From: an uncultured Desulfurococcales archaeon
Lineage (GTDB): Archaea > Thermoproteota > Thermoprotei_A > Sulfolobales > Sulfolobaceae
Length of the DNA: 64,000 nucleotides
Direction of reading: 5' to 3'
Assembly: GCA_964546225.1 (NCBI GenBank)
Contig: CAZJJB010000004.1
Span: forward strand, 1,767-65,766
The translations under genes were made by a program, and so were the position numbers. Of this stretch, positions 46,473 to 59,210 are shown in pieces. Position 1 is the first letter of the stretch; each line of letters begins with the position of its first letter. The notes beneath the pieces are model-generated. The model was given only the letters and a program-made list of their open reading frames with translations. It did not search any database and was not told where the DNA came from.

Positions 46473-47409
46473 AAGTGAATTTTTGAAAGATAATCCTTTA
46501 AAAGATCCATACATTAGGCGCTTAGGAATAATAGAACCTGAAGATCCACTTGGCAAGCCAATAATAATATACCTAAGCGGATTTCTGGGCTCTTCAATTT
46601 CTATGCTAAATTATGATCCCTTATCTGAGGATATCCTAAGTAGAGTAGAGAGACTTAAGAGAGAAGGTAAGATTAATGGCTCTGTTATAGTTTTGCCAGA
46701 CATGTTTACAAAAGTTGGAGGAAATCAGTATATCAACTCTCCTGCTGTAGGTTTTTATGAAGATTTTTTGATAAAAGAATTAATACCATATCTTAAAGAA
46801 AAATATAAAAGCGATAAAATAGGCATAATAGGCAAATCTTCTGGCGGATACGGAGCTTTAGTTCTAGGAATGAAATACGATGAAATTAAAGCAATTGCTT
46901 CCCATTCTGGAGATGCGTATTTTGAATACGTTTATTTGCCAACTTTTCCTAAGGTAATACCATTTCTAAGAAAATATTCTTCTCCAGAAGAATGGTTAAG
47001 TAACTTTTGGAAAAAACAAAATAAAAAGAAAAAAGAAGATTTAAATACTCTAAACATTATAGGCATGTCTGCATTCTATTCTCCAAGTTCTGAAGGTAAA
47101 ATATTACTTCCTTTCGATTTAGATTCTGGAGAAATCTTAGAAGATATATGGCAAAGATGGTTAGAAAAAGATCCAGTAAGAATGATAGAGAAATTCGGCG
47201 AGAGATTAAAGAATAAAGGAATATATATTGATGTTGGTATTAAGGACGAATTTAATATACAATATGGGAGTAGAATACTTCATAATAAAATGAAGAAAAT
47301 TGGTATACAACATTACTATGAAGAATATGAAGATGGCCATCTAAATACATCTTACAGGTTAGATATCTCAATTAGTTTTATAGAGAGATATTTATCTCAA
47401 TTAGATTAG
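46444..47409 (+). CDS. Alpha/beta-hydrolase (putative esterase, Fes-like)
   Basis: 'GKSSGG' nucleophile elbow, 'DEF' acid residue and 'GH' His. Confidence 0.88.
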   Translation: MMKLNFTSFESEFLKDNPLKDPYIRRLGIIEPEDPLGKPIIIYLSGFLGSSISMLNYDPLSEDILSRVERLKREGKINGSVIVLPDMFTKVGGNQYINSPAVGFYEDFLIKELIPYLKEKYKSDKIGIIGKSSGGYGALVLGMKYDEIKAIASHSGDAYFEYVYLPTFPKVIPFLRKYSSPEEWLSNFWKKQNKKKKEDLNTLNIIGMSAFYSPSSEGKILLPFDLDSGEILEDIWQRWLEKDPVRMIEKFGERLKNKGIYIDVGIKDEFNIQYGSRILHNKMKKIGIQHYYEEYEDGHLNTSYRLDISISFIERYLSQLD

Positions 47410-47466
47410 TTATTCTAAACATGACATTAGAAAATTTTTTATCTATAAAAATTAATAATAACTTGC

Positions 47467-47658
47467 ATGGATCCTTTGTTAATGTTCAAAATAACGCTTC
47501 TTGTTATAGCTTCAGTTACTAGCGTGTTTGGAGTGAGTTATATTATATTAACTAGATTTGCACCTTCAACAATAAATAAGAAAGATCTTTTTACACTAGG
47601 TAGCATACTTATAATTGTAGGCATTGCATCATTTTTGATATCATTTGTATTCTTTTAG
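47467..47658 (+). CDS. Small 2-TM membrane protein
   Basis: 63 aa, two TM helices. Confidence 0.65.
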   Translation: MDPLLMFKITLLVIASVTSVFGVSYIILTRFAPSTINKKDLFTLGSILIIVGIASFLISFVFF

Positions 47659-47667
47659 GTGAAATAA

Positions 47668-47907
47668 ATGTACATAGTAAGTTTTGAAAACGGAAAAACT
47701 TTCATAGTAAAAGATAATGGAGAAATTGAAGAAACGGATAATAAGAAGCCACAAATAATAATAGTTGAAAAGCTAACTAAGGAAAAATTAGAGTATTATA
47801 GTAAAAATAATATTAAAATTTTTGAATGCAAAGATAATCAAGATTTATGCTTGTCAAAAGTTCTTAAAACGCTCTTTGGAAGACCTAAATCATGCAAATT
47901 CGCATGA
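47668..47907 (+). CDS. Small hypothetical protein
   Basis: 79 aa; GGTGA Shine-Dalgarno immediately upstream. Confidence 0.7.
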   Translation: MYIVSFENGKTFIVKDNGEIEETDNKKPQIIIVEKLTKEKLEYYSKNNIKIFECKDNQDLCLSKVLKTLFGRPKSCKFA

Positions 47908-48345
47908 AGAAGAAATCATAAATTTCCAATCGTCCGTAAATTCAAATACACAATTTACAAACTTTCCTTCTAAAACTAATGGCAACCATATTCTATCGTC
48001 TATCCACATATTTCCAAATGGCAGATTATTATAATGTATCCACATTGGTATAGCTTCATCACTTTCTTTTGGCAAGCCAGAGAATTCTGTTGCAATATAT
48101 ACATGCATAATTTGAACGCTACCTCTAATTTGTTTAAATGTAATTACGCCTACCTTTTTTGGGTTTATTATTCTTACTCCTACTTCTTCTTCTGTTTCTC
48201 TTATTGCACAATCTAAAGGCGTCTCGTTTTTCTCTACTTTGCCTCCAGGAAATGTTATTAACCCTTCTCCTAATCCTCTCTTCTTCTTTATCATTAATAG
48301 CGTGTCATTATGATATATAATACTGAGACATGTATTCAGCTCCAA
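47890..48345 (-). CDS. NUDIX hydrolase, 8-oxo-dGTP diphosphatase-like
   Basis: Nudix box '[23 protein letters not shown]' and 'MWIDD'. Confidence 0.9.
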   Translation of the reverse strand: MELNTCLSIIYHNDTLLMIKKKRGLGEGLITFPGGKVEKNETPLDCAIRETEEEVGVRIINPKKVGVITFKQIRGSVQIMHVYIATEFSGLPKESDEAIPMWIHYNNLPFGNMWIDDRIWLPLVLEGKFVNCVFEFTDDWKFMISSSCEFA

Positions 48346-48376
48346 TCTTTTTTACCTCTTCCTACAATATTCTTGT

Positions 48377-49207
48377 ATGATAGTAAAGACACTAGAAGTA
48401 TTAAGACCTCCTGTAATTTCAATTGAAGATAATTTAATGCAAGCATTTAAGAAGATCAATGAAAGAGGAATTGGAAGAATAATAATAGCCAATGATAAAG
48501 TTGAAGGAATACTCTCTACTAGAGATTTACTTTCCGTATACCTTAGTTTTTGTCCACAAAATTGCAGTCAGGGCGATTTGTATAAAATGAGTAACATGAA
48601 GGCTTCACTGTATATGACTCCTAATCCTGTAGTAGTAAATGAAAAGGATGATGTATTGGACGCAATAACTATAATGGTTACAAGAAACTTTGGATCTTTA
48701 CCAGTTGTAGATGAGCTTGGCAAGCCTACTGGAATAGTTACTGAAAGAGAAATGCTATTGAGCTTTCAGGACCTCGAGGTTTTATTCCCAGTAAGTATGT
48801 TCATGACTAAGAAAGTGACTACAATAAGTAAAGATACTGATGTTGTACAAGCTACAAGACAAATGCTACACAGAGGATTTAGAAGATTACCAGTAGTTAA
48901 TGATGAAGGAAAAGTCATAGGAATAATAACTGCCGCTGATTGCATAAAGGCTGCATCAAAGAGTGTAGAAAAACTAGATCCTGATTACTTCTTTAATAAA
49001 AAAATTACAGATATAATGAGCAGCCCGCCAATAACTATAGAAGAAGATAGATCAATAAATGAAGCTGCTGCTACTCTAATAGAAAAGAATATTGGTGCTT
49101 TGTTAGTATTAGATGATGAATCAAAACCTAGAGGTATAATAACTGAAAGAGACTTATTAATAGCACTTCATTATCAGCTTCATTTACAATTTTTAAGAAA
49201 GACCTAA
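48377..49207 (+). CDS. CBS domain protein (four CBS repeats)
   Basis: 'GILSTRD', 'GIVTERE', 'FRRLPVV' and 'GIITERD'. Confidence 0.92.
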   Translation: MIVKTLEVLRPPVISIEDNLMQAFKKINERGIGRIIIANDKVEGILSTRDLLSVYLSFCPQNCSQGDLYKMSNMKASLYMTPNPVVVNEKDDVLDAITIMVTRNFGSLPVVDELGKPTGIVTEREMLLSFQDLEVLFPVSMFMTKKVTTISKDTDVVQATRQMLHRGFRRLPVVNDEGKVIGIITAADCIKAASKSVEKLDPDYFFNKKITDIMSSPPITIEEDRSINEAAATLIEKNIGALLVLDDESKPRGIITERDLLIALHYQLHLQFLRKT

Positions 49208-49888
49208 CTCGAGCTTAGTAACATCAGGTACTATTTGTGAGTAAACTTCTACAGATTTCTTTAATTCATTAGAATTTGTTACCAATTTATGATTATAATG
49301 TGTTATTATATTTTCCATTACATTTAAAGGATAATATTTAGATAGAGAAGAAATTACCTTGGCAGAGTTAACAGGATCTTCCTTAATCATCCTTATCCCT
49401 TTTTCATAAAGCTTTAACACATCGCTCGGATCTACTTTGGAGTAAATTATGCAAGAAGGTGCTCTTATTCCTAGTTTCTCAAATTCGTCCTCTAGTCTTT
49501 CACCAAGTTTAACTTCTATTCCTACTATAGCAAGATCACCTTCTTCTGCTTTCTTAACTGCAGAATTCGCGTCAGTATTTATTACCTCCTTATTTGTGTA
49601 CTTAGCGTAAAGACGAGCATTTATATCTGCTAAAGTTCCTTTCCTAATTGTATAAACTTTGGTAGAATTTCTGTTACCTAGTATAGTGTACATATCTATG
49701 TAAACCCCTGCTACGATTTTATATCCCTTTAGATTAAGTTTTGCTATATTAGTTATTGCGTCTAAAACTATATCTCCTATTTCGTTAGTTTCACATGAAT
49801 TTTTTAAATTAATTTGTTCTCCTCCCAATTCCTTAACAACTAGCATAGGAAAACTTATTGGACCCGCAAAAGGAGCTGTTATTAACAT
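49193..49888 (-). CDS. DUF3834-like periplasmic-binding-fold protein
   Basis: 'AGPISFP' and 'RKGTLAD' resemble this crenarchaeal family. Confidence 0.65.
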   Translation of the reverse strand: MLITAPFAGPISFPMLVVKELGGEQINLKNSCETNEIGDIVLDAITNIAKLNLKGYKIVAGVYIDMYTILGNRNSTKVYTIRKGTLADINARLYAKYTNKEVINTDANSAVKKAEEGDLAIVGIEVKLGERLEDEFEKLGIRAPSCIIYSKVDPSDVLKLYEKGIRMIKEDPVNSAKVISSLSKYYPLNVMENIITHYNHKLVTNSNELKKSVEVYSQIVPDVTKLELGLS

Positions 49889-49929
49889 AAGATAAAAAGA
49901 GATAAAAAAGTAAAAAAAGATAACACTTT

Positions 49930-50727
49930 ATGAAATTAAGTAAAAACGTAGAAGTTATTCCTGGCAGTCCTAACACTCTCGTGTATGATGGAAGGATAGT
50001 AATAGACCAAGGAGGTAAGAATGCAGACTTAAATATCAATGCCGATGTACAATTAGCTACTCATGGTCATATGGACCATATTGCAGGATTATTCAAGAAA
50101 GCGAAGATAAAATTCCTCCCTAAGGAAGATTATTGGAGTTTAAATATAATAGGTAGAAGAGCAATAACCTATGGATTTAGTGCAAAAAATTCCAGTATAT
50201 TTACTTACGATCTCATAAAGGATGAGTTAAGGGACGAATTCAGCGATAGTGAAGTGGAAAAAATTAAACTTCCAGGCCATACGCCAGGTCATGTTGGTTA
50301 TAAGATCGATAATGTAATATACTGTGGTGATGCTTTTTTTGGACAAAAAGTTTTAGAATCTTTTGTTTTTCCTTTTTATACAGATTTTTGGGTTGCACAA
50401 GAAAGCTTAGAAAAATTATTGGATCTTACAAAATCTGTTGATTTTATTATAATTTCTCATGGACCTATATATAAAAAGGAAAAAATGATAGATATACTGA
50501 ATTTTAATATAGAATATAACAAGAAACTAGTGGAAGAAATTAACGAAATGATACGCGGTAATCCTATGACAGCAGAAGAAGTTGTAATAAGACTTATGTT
50601 AAAGAGAGGTAAAAATGATATAAGTCCTACATCAATATTTTTAAACGAAATAACAGCTAAATCAATTTTATCTGAAATAGCAAAAAATATAAAAGTAGAA
50701 GAGAAAGGAGTCACTTTTGAGACTTAG
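49930..50727 (+). CDS. MBL-fold metallo-hydrolase
   Basis: 'THGHMDH', 'GHTPGH', 'CGD' and 'SHG'. Confidence 0.9.
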   Translation: MKLSKNVEVIPGSPNTLVYDGRIVIDQGGKNADLNINADVQLATHGHMDHIAGLFKKAKIKFLPKEDYWSLNIIGRRAITYGFSAKNSSIFTYDLIKDELRDEFSDSEVEKIKLPGHTPGHVGYKIDNVIYCGDAFFGQKVLESFVFPFYTDFWVAQESLEKLLDLTKSVDFIIISHGPIYKKEKMIDILNFNIEYNKKLVEEINEMIRGNPMTAEEVVIRLMLKRGKNDISPTSIFLNEITAKSILSEIAKNIKVEEKGVTFET

Positions 50728-52036
50728 CAGGAATTCCAGGCTTCACCAATTGTTGCAAATCTAGAATTTTATTAATATCTTCATCTTTAAATCCCATTTC
50801 TCTCAACGCTTCCCTAATCGACATTCCCTTCACTAGCATTTTACCTATCTGCGAAGCCTTATCATAACCTACTATTGGAGAAATAACTGTTATTAATGAT
50901 GGACTGCTTTCAGCATACCTTCTCATTTTCTCCTCATTTGGTTTCATTCCGTTTATTACCAGCGAGGAGAACTTACGTAAAGCCTCTGATAGAAGATTCT
51001 CTTGAAGAACTACATTATAACCAATTAATGGAACTCCCATAGCTAGCTCAAATTCACCTAACATTGATGCCATCTGGTTAGCATGATCTAAACCTATTAC
51101 TTCAGAAGAAACTAAAAGTGTAGCCTCAACTGTTACTGGATTTGTCTTACCTGGCATTATGCTACTTCCTGCTATCTCTTCTTGAGTTGGAATATCGATC
51201 TCTCCAATTGATGTAAAAGGACCAGAAAACATTAGTCTAAAATCTTGACCTATTCTATAAAGTTCTGTAGCAATATTCCTCATTACTCCACTAAGTAATA
51301 AGAGGTCTGTTAAAAATCTCATTGATCTAAATTTATTAGAGGTTTTAAAATTAAGAGATGTAATTTCGTTTATTTCTTGGATTACTAGCTCGGAGAATTT
51401 TGGATGACTATTTAATCCTGTTCCTACTGCAGTACCTCCTATAGGCAATTCCTTTACATATTCAATAACATTATTTAATTGCTCCAAATCGTGATTTAAT
51501 GCATCGTAATATGCAGACAGTTCCTGACCCAAAGTTATAGGTAAAGCATCCCTTAAATGAGTCCTTCCAGATTTTATAACATTCTCGTATTCTTTACTCT
51601 TAGCATTAAGCGATGACAGAATCTCCTTAAGCGACGGAATTAATTTTTCCACTGCATTCGATACTGCAGCTATTCTTATTGCTGTAGGTACTACATCATT
51701 AGAAGACTGAGACATGTTAACGTGATCGTTTGGATGAACATTTTTACCTGACAGTTCTGAAGCTCTTTCAGCTATAACTTCGTTAATATTCATGTTTAAT
51801 CCAGTTCCAGAACCGGTCTGGAAAACATCTAGAATTACTTTATCATCATGCTTACCTTCCATAACTTCTACTGAAGCATCTTCTATAGCTTTTGCTATGC
51901 CTTCATCTAGAAGATTTAATTTGGCATTTGCTCTTGCGCATGCAAGTTTTACCACTCCCATTGCCCAAATTATTTTTCTTGGAAACCTAGTTCCAGTATT
52001 CATGAAAAGTTTGGGAGCTACTTCAGTGTATTTCAT
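50711..52036 (-). CDS. fumC: Class II fumarate hydratase
   Basis: 'QTGSGT', 'HPNDHVN', 'GRTH' and '[11 protein letters not shown]'. Confidence 0.95.
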   Translation of the reverse strand: MKYTEVAPKLFMNTGTRFPRKIIWAMGVVKLACARANAKLNLLDEGIAKAIEDASVEVMEGKHDDKVILDVFQTGSGTGLNMNINEVIAERASELSGKNVHPNDHVNMSQSSNDVVPTAIRIAAVSNAVEKLIPSLKEILSSLNAKSKEYENVIKSGRTHLRDALPITLGQELSAYYDALNHDLEQLNNVIEYVKELPIGGTAVGTGLNSHPKFSELVIQEINEITSLNFKTSNKFRSMRFLTDLLLLSGVMRNIATELYRIGQDFRLMFSGPFTSIGEIDIPTQEEIAGSSIMPGKTNPVTVEATLLVSSEVIGLDHANQMASMLGEFELAMGVPLIGYNVVLQENLLSEALRKFSSLVINGMKPNEEKMRRYAESSPSLITVISPIVGYDKASQIGKMLVKGMSIREALREMGFKDEDINKILDLQQLVKPGIPAKSQK

Positions 52037-52071
52037 GATCTCTATATATGAAATAGAAATTTATAAAAATG

Positions 52072-52163
<92 letters not shown>

Positions 52164-52210
52164 ACAAAAATAACATTTTGCGATCACTTATAAAACTATT
52201 GCACAAAATC

Positions 52211-52483
52211 TCAAATCTTCTTCTGTTGCAAATACGAGTAGATATCTTTTATCAATTTATATTTACCTTTATTTTTCTTAACCATTATCATACCTCTAAT
52301 TCTGCTTCCGGGATGCACCTTATCTATTACTTCAGGTTCTAAGCCGAGTGCTTTTGCAGCTGAAAAAAGATCATCTATAGTAACCTTAATTTTTCTAGTC
52401 TTTCTCCCTTTTCTCCTACTATCTGCAGTAAAATAAGCAAGCCATATTGCTATTTTATTACCTTCATAATCTCTTAAGCTCAT
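52211..52483 (-). CDS. srp19: Signal recognition particle protein SRP19
   Basis: 'IWLAYF...SRRKGRK' and 'AKALGLEP'. Confidence 0.92.
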   Translation of the reverse strand: MSLRDYEGNKIAIWLAYFTADSRRKGRKTRKIKVTIDDLFSAAKALGLEPEVIDKVHPGSRIRGMIMVKKNKGKYKLIKDIYSYLQQKKI

Positions 52484-52866
52484 TTCTGAACCAGAACAGC
52501 GTTTATAACTCCGTCTTGCCCTGGCCTTGAAGTTACTATTGCTTCGCCTATTTCTGTCCTTATCTTTGCACCCTTTACTATTATACCTCTTCTGGCATAT
52601 TCTCTATTTGATGGTACTTCCTCTACCTCTATAATTTTAACTTTCTTATAAGTACGATCGGAAGGATTATATACGTTTGCAAAAGCAGCGTACTTTAATT
52701 TAATTTTAGTATTACCTCCCATTACTCTTAATTTTTCTCTTATATCTTCAGTATGAAGCTTCGTCTCTGTAGGTAATTCTCCCATTTCAAATTTTCTTTT
52801 GTCCCTATGTTTACCCTTTAATCCTCCAGTTACTTTTCTAAGATCATTACCTTGGTAAACGCCCAT
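52480..52866 (-). CDS. rps8e: 30S ribosomal protein S8e
   Basis: 'TGG...RDKRKFE' and 'TSRPGQDGVINAV'. Confidence 0.98.
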   Translation of the reverse strand: MGVYQGNDLRKVTGGLKGKHRDKRKFEMGELPTETKLHTEDIREKLRVMGGNTKIKLKYAAFANVYNPSDRTYKKVKIIEVEEVPSNREYARRGIIVKGAKIRTEIGEAIVTSRPGQDGVINAVLVQK

Positions 52867-52907
52867 CTCTTATCACTTTATAAGAAAACTATTGATAGGA
52901 TAAAAAG

Positions 52908-53681
52908 TTAAGCTCCAAAATTCCTTTTTCTTCTCTGATAAGACCTAATAGCTCTCCATAAATCTATTTTCCTAAATTCTGGCCAATAAACATCGCAGAA
53001 GAATAACTCAGAATAAGCTAAATGCCATAAAAGAAAATTGCTTATTCTCATCTCTCCAGAGGTCCTTATTACTAAATCTATATCCTCCAGCTCTTTATCA
53101 TAAAAGTATTTTCTAAATGTTTCCTCATTTAATACAATATCTTTAGCTAAACCTTTTTTATATTCATTTAAAAGCTTTTCTACAGCATCAAGTATTTCTT
53201 GCCTACCTCCATAACATATAGCAAGAGTTAAACTTCTCTCGTTAAATGAAGATGATTTTTCAACAACTCTTGATATAGATAGTTTAACATCCTCAGGCAA
53301 TTTATAAAGCTGACCTATAGCTCTAACCTTTACTTTGTATTTGTAAATGTAATCTTCAGTTAAAAGATCGTCTATGCCCATTTTTATATATTGTAAAATT
53401 ACACTGAGTTCTTGTGAAGTTCTTTTATCGCAATTTTCTGTAGATAATGCAAATACAGTAACGTCTTTAACGCCTAATTCTGCCAACCAAATTAAAACTT
53501 CCTTAAGTTTTTTATAGCCTTGGAAATAAGCTTCTTTAAAACTCGAGTTATTTTGCCTAGCCCATCTTCTATTACCGTCTGGTATTATACCTACATGTTT
53601 TGGAATTGGACCAGATTTAATTTGGTTCCAAAGCCATTTTTCGTAAATTGCATAAACTGGCTTCAATAATCGCTGGAGCAT
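52908..53681 (-). CDS. uppS: cis-polyprenyl diphosphate synthase
   Basis: 'IPDGNRRWA', 'FALSTEN' and '[15 protein letters not shown]'. Confidence 0.95.
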   Translation of the reverse strand: MLQRLLKPVYAIYEKWLWNQIKSGPIPKHVGIIPDGNRRWARQNNSSFKEAYFQGYKKLKEVLIWLAELGVKDVTVFALSTENCDKRTSQELSVILQYIKMGIDDLLTEDYIYKYKVKVRAIGQLYKLPEDVKLSISRVVEKSSSFNERSLTLAICYGGRQEILDAVEKLLNEYKKGLAKDIVLNEETFRKYFYDKELEDIDLVIRTSGEMRISNFLLWHLAYSELFFCDVYWPEFRKIDLWRAIRSYQRRKRNFGA

Positions 53682-54703
53682 AAACCTTCTATAGCTTTTG
53701 TATAAGTAGTTATTCCTATAAATATTTCTTCCAAAGTTATTTTTTCGTACGCCGTATGCTCTAATTTAGAGTCACCAGGGCCATAAGTTGCTATATTTTC
53801 AGTTATTGCAGACAGAATATTCATATCACTAGTTCCAGCTTTCCTAACTAGCGATGGTTTAATGCTCTGCAAAAGTAATGCTCTATATAAAGATTTGACT
53901 ACTTTATCATTAGCACTAACTTTCACTGGAGGAACATGCTCTATTATTTTTATTTCACACGAGGAAAACTCTTCCTTTAATTTAGATAATATATCATCCA
54001 ACTTAAATCCATAAGGATATCTTATATCAAAGTGAATATAAACTGTTGATGGAGTAACATTGACGTATTCGCCCGCTTTTATTATTGTAGGTACTATAGA
54101 AGGCTTATCATAAGTTGTAGGTAATTGAGAAATTTCCATTATTTTCTTTGAGACTTCCAAAATTGGATTAGAATTTGCTGAGGACGAGTGTTGAGATTCG
54201 TAGTTACAAATAACATCTACATGAGCTACACCGCGATATTCTACAACAATCTTTGTAGTACTTGTAGGTTCTCCTACTATTATTCCTTTATATCTCGAAT
54301 TAGAAGCTACAAGCTCTCTTGCACCACTGCTTTTATTTTCCTCGTCTGAAAGACCTGCAAACTGAACTTTGTAACCATTCTCGTTTAATATCCAAGTTGC
54401 AAGTAGCATAGAAATTAATGGACCTTTAGCATCTACTACTCCTCTACCATATATAATTCTTCCTTCATCTTTAGGTTCTATAAATCCTGGAACTGTATCA
54501 ACATGAGAGGCTAATAAAAAATCTCCTTCTCCTAAAAGAAAAGAGTTTGAATTAGTAATTTTTAATTTTAAATTCAATTCTTTTGAAATTCTCTCAAAAA
54601 AACTTACAGCGCGACTCTCTTCGCCAGAGGGAGTATAAATACTAGCTAATTCAAGAAGATACTGCTTTGCCCTCTGTAATAGCGACTCCTTGTCTAGTTT
54701 CAT
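53663..54703 (-). CDS. lysK: [LysW]-lysine/[LysW]-ornithine hydrolase
   Basis: M20 motifs 'SHVDTV', 'GRGVVDAKG', 'DEE', 'GTSDMN' and 'EH'; operon position. Confidence 0.93.
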   Translation of the reverse strand: MKLDKESLLQRAKQYLLELASIYTPSGEESRAVSFFERISKELNLKLKITNSNSFLLGEGDFLLASHVDTVPGFIEPKDEGRIIYGRGVVDAKGPLISMLLATWILNENGYKVQFAGLSDEENKSSGARELVASNSRYKGIIVGEPTSTTKIVVEYRGVAHVDVICNYESQHSSSANSNPILEVSKKIMEISQLPTTYDKPSIVPTIIKAGEYVNVTPSTVYIHFDIRYPYGFKLDDILSKLKEEFSSCEIKIIEHVPPVKVSANDKVVKSLYRALLLQSIKPSLVRKAGTSDMNILSAITENIATYGPGDSKLEHTAYEKITLEEIFIGITTYTKAIEGLCSSDY

Positions 54704-55814
54704 TAACAGCCAACTCCATATCCTCTTGTGTTATCATATATGGAGATAAGAATCTTATTGTAGAGATTCCTGCTTTTAGAGATAGAACTCCGTGATCTTG
54801 AAGATATTTTATTGCTTTACCAGGATTAAGCCTTAAATCAACTCCTATCATTAATCCTAGTCCTCTAATCTCTCTAACGGACTTAAAGTCTGCTAAGGCT
54901 TCGTTAAGCATTTTCATGAATATTTCTCCCTTAACTCTTGCCTGTTCTGGAACGTTATCAGCTAGTAATGCCTTAATAGAACCAGTAACTGCTGCAGCAG
55001 CAAAAGGATTTCCACCGTAAGTTGTACCATGATCCCCTTCACTAAGCTTTTCAGCTATCCAATCTGGCATAAATACCGCACTAACTGGGAATCCCCCTCC
55101 AATTGCTTTTCCTGCTGTCATTATATCAGGCTTTATGCCGAAATGCTGATAAGCCCAGACTTTTCCGGTCCTCCCAAAACCAGTTTGAACTTCATCAACA
55201 ATTAGCAAAATTCCCTTTTCTTGTGTAACCTCCCTTAAGGCTTTCATGAAGTCTTCCTTACCTGGTATAACTCCACCTTCCCCTTGAACAGGCTCTACTA
55301 TAACTGCTGCAGTACTATCGTCTATTTTCTTCAAGTCGTCCACATTATTGTATTCAAGAAAGTCTACTGGACCTAATAAAGGCTCGAATGGTTCTCTATA
55401 CCTTTTGTTCCAAGTAACTGATAAGGAACCGGAAGTTCTACCATGAAATGAGTTCTTAAATGCTATCAATTTTCTTTTCCCTGATATTTTTCTCGCAGTT
55501 TTTAATGCTAATTCTACTGCTTCACTACCTGAATTTAATAGAAACACGTTATCTAAATCGTCTGGCTTTACTTTTTCCATTTCTTTTATCATTTCTTCTC
55601 TTATTGGAGTATCGAATGCCGTAGTGAGTGTTATTATTTCTGACATTTGCTTTTGTAAATATTCTAAGACTATCTTATTCCTATGACCTAAAAACGCAAC
55701 TCCATGACCGGCATGTAAATCTAAATATCTTCTACCTTTATCATCCCAGACATATTGATTTTCTCCTTTTACTATCCTTAAACCTCTCGCACCATAAAAT
55801 TCGATAAGTTTCAT
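54651..55814 (-). CDS. lysJ: [LysW]-aminoadipate semialdehyde aminotransferase
   Basis: Class III PLP motifs '[11 protein letters not shown]' and 'TAGKAIGGG'; ATGA coupling to lysX. Confidence 0.95.
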   Translation of the reverse strand: MKLIEFYGARGLRIVKGENQYVWDDKGRRYLDLHAGHGVAFLGHRNKIVLEYLQKQMSEIITLTTAFDTPIREEMIKEMEKVKPDDLDNVFLLNSGSEAVELALKTARKISGKRKLIAFKNSFHGRTSGSLSVTWNKRYREPFEPLLGPVDFLEYNNVDDLKKIDDSTAAVIVEPVQGEGGVIPGKEDFMKALREVTQEKGILLIVDEVQTGFGRTGKVWAYQHFGIKPDIMTAGKAIGGGFPVSAVFMPDWIAEKLSEGDHGTTYGGNPFAAAAVTGSIKALLADNVPEQARVKGEIFMKMLNEALADFKSVREIRGLGLMIGVDLRLNPGKAIKYLQDHGVLSLKAGISTIRFLSPYMITQEDMELAVNETRQGVAITEGKAVSS

Positions 55815-56662
55815 TTTCTTATCCACTCCTCTATTTTCCTAATTAAATATTCAGACAAGTTAAATTGGTTTACTCTTACTGTATTTTTATATTCGGGAAC
55901 TCCATTGACTTCGTCTACTAAGTACCCCCTTTCCTTATCTTCGAATATATCAATTCCCAAAAAGAAGCCTCCTATTATTTCCTTTACTTTTAAAGCCAAA
56001 TCTTTCAGTTCATCGTCAATTTTTAACGGTTCTGCTATTGCTCCTAATGCAGTATTTGTCCTCCAATTCTTAGTATTTACTCTATATATTCCTACTGGAG
56101 CTTCGTCTCCTATTACAAAAATCCTTATGTCTCTATCAGGCTTTTTTACAAATTCTTGAATGTAATAAACGTTCCTAAATCCTATTGACGTATAATCTTG
56201 ATACTCCATAAAACTCCTTAATGTATCTTCATCGGATGCCTTAGCAACCATTCTTCCCCAGCTACCTTCAATTGGCTTTATGACAGTAGGATATCCTAGT
56301 TTGCTTGCAAGTTGTAATGCCTTCTCTTTAGAGAAAGCAATAGCTGTCTTAGGGACCTTTATATTATGCCTAGATAAGATAGCAGTAGTCATTAACTTGT
56401 TTTCACAATTAATTAATGTTCTGCTATCATTTATTATATTGTAACCTAAAGTCTCAAATATTAATGATGTAGACAACGCCCTTTGATGAGATGTATTTCT
56501 TTGTAAGACAACGTCCAAATTCTGAAATTGACTGTCCTCAGAAAATAAATGATAAAAATCTTTAGTATAAATTGGCACTACCTTATGTCCTAATTTTGTA
56601 GCTTCTTGAATTAAGTTTCTCTCTTCCCATCTAAGCAAGTCATAGGTAACTCCAAGTATCAC
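55811..56662 (-). CDS. lysX: LysW ligase (ATP-grasp)
   Basis: 'KPIEGSWGR', 'RDIR', 'WRTNTALG' and 'EVNGVPE'; GTG start overlaps the lysW stop. Confidence 0.95.
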   Translation of the reverse strand: MILGVTYDLLRWEERNLIQEATKLGHKVVPIYTKDFYHLFSEDSQFQNLDVVLQRNTSHQRALSTSLIFETLGYNIINDSRTLINCENKLMTTAILSRHNIKVPKTAIAFSKEKALQLASKLGYPTVIKPIEGSWGRMVAKASDEDTLRSFMEYQDYTSIGFRNVYYIQEFVKKPDRDIRIFVIGDEAPVGIYRVNTKNWRTNTALGAIAEPLKIDDELKDLALKVKEIIGGFFLGIDIFEDKERGYLVDEVNGVPEYKNTVRVNQFNLSEYLIRKIEEWIRK

Positions 56663-56829
56663 TCTCCCCAATCCTCTCCTACTTGCTCTGCTAATCTTAA
56701 TGCTAGCTTGCCGTTTTCCTTATATACCTCCAACTGTGCTCCGCAGTCATGTTCTATTATTTCTCCTGGTAATGCATCGTCTTCTACGTTAACTTGACCC
56801 CCACAAACTGGGCATTTAAGTGTTACCAT
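56659..56829 (-). CDS. lysW: Amino-group carrier protein LysW (absent from ORF track, 56 aa)
   Basis: [11 protein letters not shown]...[10 protein letters not shown]...EQVGEDWGE*: zinc ribbon and EDWGE terminus. Confidence 0.97.
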   Translation of the reverse strand: MVTLKCPVCGGQVNVEDDALPGEIIEHDCGAQLEVYKENGKLALRLAEQVGEDWGE

Positions 56830-56886
56830 ATTTGGTCGAAATAATTATAACAAGTTTAGTGTTCAAAAGCTTATATGAAAATAAAT

Positions 56887-56903
56887 GGTTTGAAGTTAGT
56901 ACC
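56887..56903. promoter_or_regulatory. Putative LysM binding site upstream of the lysW promoter
   Basis: GGTTT-N7-GTACC 17-bp semi-palindrome fitting the Sulfolobus LysM consensus, about 12 bp upstream of a TATAAG box. Confidence 0.7.
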
Positions 56904-57321
56904 ATGTCCTAAGTATAATAGTACTTGTAGTACTTATTACGCCCTGAATACTTCTAATCTCATCTATTGTTTTGTTTATTTCTGCTATATTAATTCCCCT
57001 AACTACAGTTATTATGTCATAATCTCCAGTAGTCTCATAAACAGTTTCAACTCCAGAAATCTTGATTACCTTCTTTGAAATTTCTGGTGTAGGAATTTGC
57101 GGAGTAGATTTAACCATAACTATTGCCTTTATCTCATTTTCTAATTCGTATTCTATAGTAAATCTCTTAATAATTCCTAATCTAATCAATTTTTCTATTC
57201 TTTTTCTAACAGCTGCTTCGCTTATCTTCAAATCCTTGGCTATTAAAGTATAAGGAGTTCTAGCATTCTTCTTTAATGTTTCAAGAATTTTCAAATCATT
57301 ATTATCAATTTTACTACTCAT
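56896..57321 (-). CDS. lysM: Lrp/AsnC-family regulator LysM
   Basis: Lrp HTH plus RAM domain 'TTGDYD'; located in the lys cluster. Confidence 0.93.
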   Translation of the reverse strand: MSSKIDNNDLKILETLKKNARTPYTLIAKDLKISEAAVRKRIEKLIRLGIIKRFTIEYELENEIKAIVMVKSTPQIPTPEISKKVIKISGVETVYETTGDYDIITVVRGINIAEINKTIDEIRSIQGVISTTSTIILRTWY

Positions 57322-58112
57322 TCTATCACCGTTCCTTCTCCTAAAAGGGCTTTATTAATTGCATCCTTTTCTAGCCCAGATGAAATTACAACCTTTTTAA
57401 CACCATTCTTAAGAGCCTCAGAAGCCATTAATATTTTCCTATTCATACCTGCACCAACCTTTTTTGCAAATTCCTCTGCTTCTTCTTTTGAAATTCTTTT
57501 AACTATTTCATTATCTTGTATAACTCCCTTTACATCAGTTAGGATAACTAATGTGTCTGCATTAATAGCAGAAGCCACACTAAATGCCATTTGATCTCCA
57601 TCTACATTAAGCATTGTACTTTCAGAAATATCTATAGCGATAGGAGATAATATAATATAATCAAATGAGTTTGAAATAGTATTTAGTAAGTTTGCATTTA
57701 CCTCGTAAATTTTTCCTGTATAACCTCCATCTATTATTCTTTTCTTTCCTCTCTCATCTATAATCATTATTCTCTTTTTCCTATTCGCCTTTACCAACGC
57801 CGCGTCTGCACCGCTAAGTCCTAAAGCCAGTTTTCCTCTAGAATTTAATGATGTTACAATAGTTTTATTTATTAACATCATGGCCATTACGTAGATATCT
57901 AATTCTTCTCTGCTTGTATATCTACTCCTTATTCCTTCAGGCGAAATCACGAATGTTGGTTCTAATCCCATCTTCTTTGTATATTCTGTTACTATATCTC
58001 CTCCTCCATGTATAAATATGAGTTTATTGTTATATAATAGAATACTATCAATTAAATTTTGTAGAGAATTTTTTATTACCCTTCCTCCAGCTTTTACTAC
58101 TATCATTTTCAC
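57318..58112 (-). CDS. lysZ: [LysW]-aminoadipate kinase
   Basis: 'VVKAGG', 'IHGGG', 'LNVDGD' and 'GMNRK'. Confidence 0.94.
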   Translation of the reverse strand: MKMIVVKAGGRVIKNSLQNLIDSILLYNNKLIFIHGGGDIVTEYTKKMGLEPTFVISPEGIRSRYTSREELDIYVMAMMLINKTIVTSLNSRGKLALGLSGADAALVKANRKKRIMIIDERGKKRIIDGGYTGKIYEVNANLLNTISNSFDYIILSPIAIDISESTMLNVDGDQMAFSVASAINADTLVILTDVKGVIQDNEIVKRISKEEAEEFAKKVGAGMNRKILMASEALKNGVKKVVISSGLEKDAINKALLGEGTVIE

Positions 58113-59158
58113 GCAGGCCTCAGTGGAGGTGTTCTTAATCCTTCGTCTTCGCTAAAGCCTCTTGATATATTAAAATTTTGAACAGCTTGACCTGCAGCTC
58201 CTTTAACTAAATTATCTATTGCAGCAAACATTGTAAGTCTCATCATTCTCTTCTCTTGTGCAAAACCGATATCAGCAAAATTGCTACCTATTACATATTT
58301 AGGATCTGGATATGGATGAAGTCCCCCTCTAATAATTCTTATAAATCTCCTACCACGATAAAATTCTGCAATTTTCTTCCATATTTCAATGTCGTCATAA
58401 TCTTCATTAAGCCAAGTATGGACAGAAGCCAAAGCTCCCCTTATGCTACTAACTGCATGAGGAACTATGCTTACTTTTACTTGAGTCTTTGCTAACAAGC
58501 TTAATTCTTGTTCAGCTTCAGCAGCATGCCTATGTCCTTCAGGATCATAAGGCCTAATAGCATTTTCTCTTTCAGGATGATGGCTTCCTTCTTTAGGTTT
58601 CATCCCACCTTCACTACTTGAAACTTTAACGTCGCTAATAAACCTCAGTTCTGTGGAAATTCCATTGCCAACTACTGGTGCTAAAGCTAGAATTGTCGCT
58701 GTCGCATTACAACCTGGAGAAGCAATAAGCTTAGCTCCTTTTAATTCCTCATAATGAAGTTCTGGCAAACCGTAAACTGACTTTTTAAGTAAGTCTGGAT
58801 AAGGATGCTCTATTCCATACCATTCCTTATATTTCTCTGGGTCTTTTAACCTAAAATCTGCACTTAAATCTATTACTTGTAACCCCATTTCAAGTAATTT
58901 TGGAACATAATTTAATGAAACTCTATGAGGCAATGCTAAAAATACAGCTTCTGCTTTATCACCAATTTTATCTAAAGATAGATCGGAAAAATTCATATTA
59001 AGTATTCCTTTTAAATTAGGATGAACAAGTGAAATTGGCTTTCCTGCATATTCTCTGGATGTAATAAGAGTTATTTCTACTTTATTATGCATTGTTAATA
59101 TTCTTAATAATTCTCCACCAGTATATCCCGAACCGCCTATTACTGCAACTTTTACCAT
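58109..59158 (-). CDS. lysY: [LysW]-aminoadipate-6-phosphate reductase
   Basis: 'GGSGYTGGEL', 'ASPGCNAT' and 'DNLVKGAAGQA'. Confidence 0.95.
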   Translation of the reverse strand: MVKVAVIGGSGYTGGELLRILTMHNKVEITLITSREYAGKPISLVHPNLKGILNMNFSDLSLDKIGDKAEAVFLALPHRVSLNYVPKLLEMGLQVIDLSADFRLKDPEKYKEWYGIEHPYPDLLKKSVYGLPELHYEELKGAKLIASPGCNATATILALAPVVGNGISTELRFISDVKVSSSEGGMKPKEGSHHPERENAIRPYDPEGHRHAAEAEQELSLLAKTQVKVSIVPHAVSSIRGALASVHTWLNEDYDDIEIWKKIAEFYRGRRFIRIIRGGLHPYPDPKYVIGSNFADIGFAQEKRMMRLTMFAAIDNLVKGAAGQAVQNFNISRGFSEDEGLRTPPLRPA

Positions 59159-59210
59159 TATTGTAGAAAAGGAGAATCCACTTATAAATAATGTTGATAT
59201 ATTTTAATCA

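Noticed and set aside
46444-46500. ATGATGA as a possible box C
   Set aside because: It is the start codon region of the esterase; the spacing to TTGA is too long and there is no box D.
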